Assembly (NCBI GenBank): GCA_000388065.2
Contig: KB932208.1
Length of the DNA stretch: 11,311 nucleotides
Strand: one strand, 5' to 3'
Source: Fonticula alba ATCC 38817
Lineage: Eukaryota > Protista > Nucleariida
A program made the translations under genes and the position numbers. Within the stretch, counting starts at the first letter, position 1, and every line of letters starts with the position of its first letter. Under the pieces are notes generated by a model. It searched no databases and had not been told where the DNA came from. It was given only the letters and a program-made list of their open reading frames with translations. This document shows positions 6,463-11,311 of the stretch, one piece after another.

Positions 6463-9400
6463 TTATGTGATGAACACGCGCAGGGCCTGGTTCAACTTGA
6501 AGTTCTGACGCGTGCGCGGGCAGAAGACCGTGGCGCGATCTTTGCTGGCGGCGGCCTGCAGAGCCATGGCTAAGGCGGCCGGCGCGAGGGGGCGCGTCGG
6601 AGTGGCGAAGGGGCGAGCGCCGTCGGTCAGCATGGAGGGAAACAGGTGGAGAGTGGCCCCCGGGCGAGGCGGCGCATGGCCAGGGCGGGGGGGACAACGC
6701 ACCGCGTAGCGAATAGACACAGCCATTGGGCAGCATCATCGGGGGGTTGTCATCGGACATGGGGACCATGCGGCCGGACAGCTCGCCGGGGACCGGGCGT
6801 GCGGCGGCCTCGGCCACGCCGCCCGAGATGTCGGGCAGGGCCGAGCGCAGTTCCTCCGGCCCGAGGGCATTCTCCGTGGCCAAAGGCGCGGGATAGATGG
6901 CCAGGTCGCCCGGCTGGCTGAGGATCCGACAGACGAGACGGGTCTGGTCGTGCGGCGCGCGCAGCGGCACCCGACAGAGGAAGGAGGCGCGGCTGCGCAC
7001 GTCGGACCGGCAGATGGGGCAGCTCCCCTCGCCGAAGCGGCTGCAGGCAGCCCCATCGCCGGCATGGCCGCCGCCAGCGTGCGGCAGGCTGCCGAGGCCG
7101 GGCCGGGCCGCGCGGGAGCGCTCCACACGGAGCGCCTGCAGGTCCTGCACCGTGCCGAGGATGCACTCGTCTGACAGCAGGCAGATGGCCCCGGCCTGGA
7201 GGATGGTCACCAGGTGGGAGCCGTTCCAGCCGGCGGCGGCGGCGGCCGAAGCGGCGGCGGCGGCGGCCGAAGCGGCCACCGCCGCCGCGCCCAGCAGCTC
7301 CGGCGCCTCGGTGGTCAGCCCGGGCGGCAGTGGCGCCAGGCCATGCAGGCCATCGGCCAGGGCGGAGGCCGCACCGGCGGCCGGGCCCCGGCCCCGGCTG
7401 GCCCCGTTGGCCGGATCCACGCCCAGGCCGACCAGGTCTTCCAGGGAGTCCGACTCGTCCATGCCCACCAGCGGCTCGGCCGCCAGGCCGAAATCCATCT
7501 TGAAGTAGTCGCCGGAGGTGGAGATGCCCGATGCACCGGGGCCGGGGCCGGGACCGCCGGCGGCGCCGGCGCCCGCCGCCCCGAGGCCGGGGTTCTCCTT
7601 GCCAAGGAGAATCCCCAGGAAGGAGTGGCCGCCGTCGGCATCCGTCGGATCGGAGGGGTCCGCCCCGGCGCCCGGGCCGGAGGCCGACGGCGAGAAGAAG
7701 GCCATGGCGTCGCGGCTGAAAGCCAAAGCCAGGGCACGCCAGGCCGGGCGCGCAGCGGCCTCGGCCCCATCCGAGCCGGCCCGGCCCGGCGCCTGGGCCT
7801 CCATCAGGAGGGCCGTCCAGCCGAGATCGAGCGAGTGATGGAACACCGGTCGGGCTACATCGGCCAGGGCCGACCGAAGGGGCCGGCCGAACCGGGCAGA
7901 TGGCCATCGAAGCCGATCAAAGAGCCCCATCGGCATGACGAGGCAGAGCATGAGCTTTGGCGGTTGTCGGCCCCCGGCCGCGGGGGGCCCGGCGGGCCCA
8001 GGTCAGTCGGCTGTCGGCACAAGGCGAGTGGCGGGAAAGCGGGCCCGGCGTGCGGGGGCGCACATGTCGCAGGTCCTGGTAGAGGATGGTCGACAGGGTG
8101 GCCGAGCCGGATGCCGGGGCATCGGCAGCCGCGTGTGCCGAGGCCCCGGGCGCGGGCCCAGCCAGCGCCTGGATCAGGGGCAGGACTTGGCTTTTGAGGT
8201 AGGCCAGGATGTCCTCCTGGGGCTGGCCCGCGCGGGCCATGAGCACGACCTCCATTGCCCGGATGTCGAACTACACGGCGGCCGGCGCGGCCGCGTGTGT
8301 GCGCATGCGTGTGAGTATGTGTGTCTGGGGGTGATTGCGAGCGCGCGCGCGCGCGCGCGCGCCGGGGGACGAGTCAAAGGCGCCCCACAGGCCGAGGGGC
8401 TCGGATGCAGGGGGCCACCCGCGACCGGCCGGTCCCTGACCCGGGCCGTGGCCAGGGGGGGGGGGTGTTCGGCAGCCTCCCCCGGCCGTGGGGCCGTTTT
8501 GGCCCTCCGGGCGACGCACCTCGATGCGGCTGCCGACGCGCCGCAAGCGGGCCCGGTTGGCCGCGCACCACCGGAGGGCACTGTCGGCCTGGCACCGGAA
8601 CCCCAGGTCATTCTCAATCTGCCGCACCGACGACAGGAGGGACACATCGCACAGGGACTCCAGGCAGGCGCTCTCCAGCAGGCGCCGGCCCTCGTCGGGC
8701 CCGGGGAACCCCATGAGACTGTCGGTCGAGGTGTCCCCGTGCTCCGACGAGTGCACCGATCCCGAGGATGCCGAGGACCGGGGGCTGCCCTCGGCCGCCT
8801 CGGCCACCGGGCCCGGGGCACTGCGCCGGGGGGTGGAAGCGGCACGGTCCCCACGCGCGGGCTCGGTCTCCGGGACCGCCTCGCCGTCGGCCGCGCCGGC
8901 CGGGTAATCCAGGATGGCGTACGCGGTCTTCTTGAATCTGGGTGTCACGCGCGCATCGGCAGCGATTAGCGTGCGTGCGTGCGTGCGTGCGTGCATGCGT
9001 GTGCGACAGTGTCACCTTCCAGCCCTCTCCCACGACAAAGAGCCCGATGGCGCCACTGCCCCCGTGCAGGTGCGTGCGACCGAGGCCCCATGGCACTTCG
9101 GAGGAGGGGCCCCAGCTCGAAGGCCGCCCCCCCCTCCCCTCGGAGGAAAAGGAGCACACAGGCCGTCGCCACAATCCAGGGGCCCCACCACCGCTGGGGC
9201 AGCCCTTTCTCCCGCGCCCGCGCCCGCGCCAGCCCCCGCCCCCCTGCCCTGCCCTGCCCGCAGGCGCATGGCCGCGCACCGGCACACATGCGCAAGGCGG
9301 ATGGATGGCGAAGGAAAAAAAAAGCAAGGGCCCCACCACTGGCGCACCCTTCGCGCAGCAGCCAGTCCACCACGAGACGCTGCACGCGCTTGCTATGCCA

Positions 9401-10780
9401 CTCCTCCCAGGAGAGCGTGCCGAAGTAGGCCGGTGCGCGATGGACAAAGGTCTTCGCGCGGGGCCCACCGGCGTTCGGATCCCCGGAGCCCGGGGGCTCC
9501 GAGTCGATGTGCATGCGCGCCTCCGAGCCGCCCATCAGGATGCTGGACGAGTCGTCCGGGCTGGCGGCGGCCCCGCTGGCCAGACGGTGGCCGGCCATCA
9601 GGAACTCCACCCGGCGCAGGAGGTCGGCCATCGTGCCGGCGGCATCGCCGCGGTGTTCAAAGTCGTCGATTCGCCGGCGGATGGTGCGCAGCCGGTCCAC
9701 GGCGATGGCGATGCGCTTCCGGGCCAGGACCAGCTCCTTGTCCTGGCTGGCCTCGGTGCCGGAGCCCGCGGCGCCCAGACGCCGGCCCTCGCCCTGCTTG
9801 CTCGGGCCAAAGAGCAGCGCGATGGACTTGGCCGCGGTTTGGGTGAAGGTATTCACCTGGGCCAGCTCGCGCTCGACCATGCGCTGCGAGGTGCGCAGAT
9901 GCTGGCCGTCGATCGGCGCGTCGGAGGAGGAGCCCGCGACGGGGGGGGGGGGGGGGCGAGGGAAGCCCGCCCCCACGCAACCCGGCCCCCGTGCTGGTGG
10001 CGGCCTTGCCCGGGGCTCAGTCGGAGCGCGTGTCGAGGGCCTCTCGGCACGTCGGTGCCTCTCACCCGCCGCCGCGAAATGCCTCCCTTCGCAGTTGGCC
10101 GACGCCCGGAAAGAGCCCCTCACGAGGAAAGCCCAAAGAAAAAGGGCCTCGCCCCTCCCGGAGGGGCCCCCAAACACACCGGACCCGAAAAGCTCCCGAG
10201 TCTTCCCGGTCCTCGGTGAGAGAGCATTGGCTGTCATCCGCGTATGCGTGCCCTTGGTCTCCCTNNNNNNNNNNNNNNNNNNNNNNNNNNNNNNNNNNNN
10301 NNNNNNNNNNNNNNNNNNNNNNNNNTCAGCACCCTGGGCCGGGGGGGGGGGGGGGGGGGCGGACAAAGCAAGTGGACCCCGAAAAAAAGAGTCAGCGACA
10401 GAAGCACTGGGCGAGCGCCCGGGCGAGCGGGCACATCGGCGTACCTGGCTCAGCTGGCTGTGGCTGCTCCGGAGCAGGGGCGCCGCATCGAGCACCATCA
10501 TCCCCTGGCGGCGGAGCTTGACAATGCTCTCCGGCGGTGCGGCCGGGCTGACGACAGCCCGACCCGGGGGCAGGTCGTCGGTCGACATCGACCCGGCGGA
10601 CAGCAGGGCGTCCACCGTGGGCGGCAGGGCCCCGGGCGCGCCGGTGCTGGTGCCGCCAGTGCGGAGAAGGGCCTCTGCAGCCTGGGCCGGCAGGGCAAAG
10701 GGGTCAGCCGCATCATCACCGAAGCCATCGGGCCGGGTGTGTGACACAAACTGAAAGGTGGCCGACGGGAAGGCCAGCAT
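6463..10780 (-). CDS. MAEA: MAEA/EMP/Gid9/Fyv10 homolog, CTLH/GID E3 ligase RING subunit, about 957 aa. Exons about 10780-10445, 9901-9348, 8937-8520, 8270-8064, 7954-6703, 6569-6463(TAA). Start codon uncertain.
   Basis: MAEA blocks occur in the expected order: N-terminal coiled coil (HSQLSQ|HLRTSQRMVERELAQV), LisH (RVQRLVVDWLLREG|FKKTA), CTLH (SALRWCAANRARLRRVGSRIE|FDIRAMEVV), CRA (LVTILQAG), then RING CPIC...H..TRLVC...DDNPPMMLPNGCVYS and C-terminal VFCPRTRQNF...RVFIT, which matches MAEA NPPMMLPNG...CPRT...KVYIM. Phases 0/2/0/0/1 are consistent and the CDS is 2874 nt. ATG 10780 is the simplest start, but a CAG acceptor at 10753-10751 could mean a further upstream exon. Confidence 0.88.
7231..7290 (-). 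repeat. Coding (GCC)n repeat encoding the Ala-rich tract AAAVAASAAAAAASAAAAAG in MAEA
   Basis: cggcggcggcggcggccgaag occurs twice in tandem on the + strand and is in frame with the MAEA exon. Confidence 0.8.
8341..8362. repeat. Perfect (GC)11 alternating tract in MAEA intron 3
   Basis: 22 bp gcgcgcgcgcgcgcgcgcgcgc read directly. Confidence 0.9.
10265..10325. other. Assembly gap (61 N) inside MAEA intron 1
   Basis: N run next to a 19-G homopolymer (10341-10359). The flanking exon junction aligns contiguously to MAEA, so no conserved exon appears to be lost. Confidence 0.95.
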
Positions 10781-11311
10781 CGGTGTCAATGCGGTCCAGG
10801 CGGGCCCGAATCCACGCGACGCGAAGGGGGAGGGGGGCTACGCCGTGGCGAGCGGGGGACCCAGGGCCGAACGGGAAGGCAAGGGCCGGGGCGGGGAGCT
10901 CTGGGCACGAGGTAAAGGGGTCTTCGTGCGACGGAGGGCCAGGAAGGGGAGGGGGCGAGCGTGCTTGTGTATGCGGATGCCGGGGCGGAGGGGGAAGTGT
11001 GGTGCCGGGTCGTCAGTGACAGGGGCCCCTGGCGCCGGTGCCTTTTTCTTCGCGCGTCGAGGTGATGCGACCCCGTCCCGAGGGATTCTGGTGTGCGTGG
11101 TTCGGGCGCCGGGGGACCTGCCACACACATGGAAGGGGCGTCAGATTTCCGAGCATGCAACCCAGGGAAGGAACAACACCGGGGCGCGGCATGTCTCTGA
11201 GGATGCCCCGCCCCCGTCTCCGGCCGGAGGGTGAGAGCCCATCCTTCCCCCCCTGGGACAGGGCATCTGTGTGGCTGGAGATCTCCCCCCCCCCCCCCCC
11301 CCCCCCCCCCC

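Noticed and set aside
5678-6702. 3' part of the 757-aa ORF as a long MAEA C-terminus
   Set aside because: Homology ends at a GTGCGT donor (6702). Splicing to 6569 restores the conserved CPRT...VFIT* end, and the rest is read-through of intron and UTR.
6750-10754. Many long overlapping or antisense ORFs across MAEA (e.g. 7214..8197+, 7935..8969+, 8942..10219+, 9507..10754+, 6750..7907-)
   Set aside because: These are shadow frames of GC-rich coding DNA, with R/P/G/A-rich translations and no recognisable domain.
1-11311. tRNA, snRNA, snoRNA, CRISPR, transposase, U12-type introns, stop-codon readthrough contexts
   Set aside because: No diagnostic motifs were seen by eye. An Infernal or tRNAscan search would be needed to exclude divergent RNAs.

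Overview
GC-rich eukaryotic genomic DNA with spliceosomal introns (GT-AG, CTRAC-type branch sites, C-rich/CT-rich intron bodies) and one 61-N assembly gap. Both ends fall in poly-C runs. The style suggests a GC-rich protist or early opisthokont such as Fonticula alba, which is an unverified guess. I spliced four genes by hand, and the reading phase is consistent at all 17 complete introns: (1) the 3' part of an SLC35B2/UTR5-like nucleotide-sugar/PAPS transporter (+, <31-1710); (2) RNA polymerase II subunit RPB11 (+, 3413-4236); (3) NEDD8/Rub1 split into six tiny exons (-, 5494-4721), which the ORF track misses; (4) MAEA/Gid9/Fyv10, a CTLH/GID E3 ligase RING subunit, expanded to about 957 aa by low-complexity inserts (-, about 10780-6463). 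Most long ORFs in the track are GC-rich shadow frames. I found no mobile element, structural RNA gene or clearly new multi-gene system. The best leads are a lysine-depleted NEDD8 with a ubiquitin-like 42-51 segment, a GT(G/A)CG donor consensus with poly-C introns, an RPB11 insertion, a possible alternative 3' splice site in the transporter, and an unexplained 1.7-kb interval at 1711-3412.
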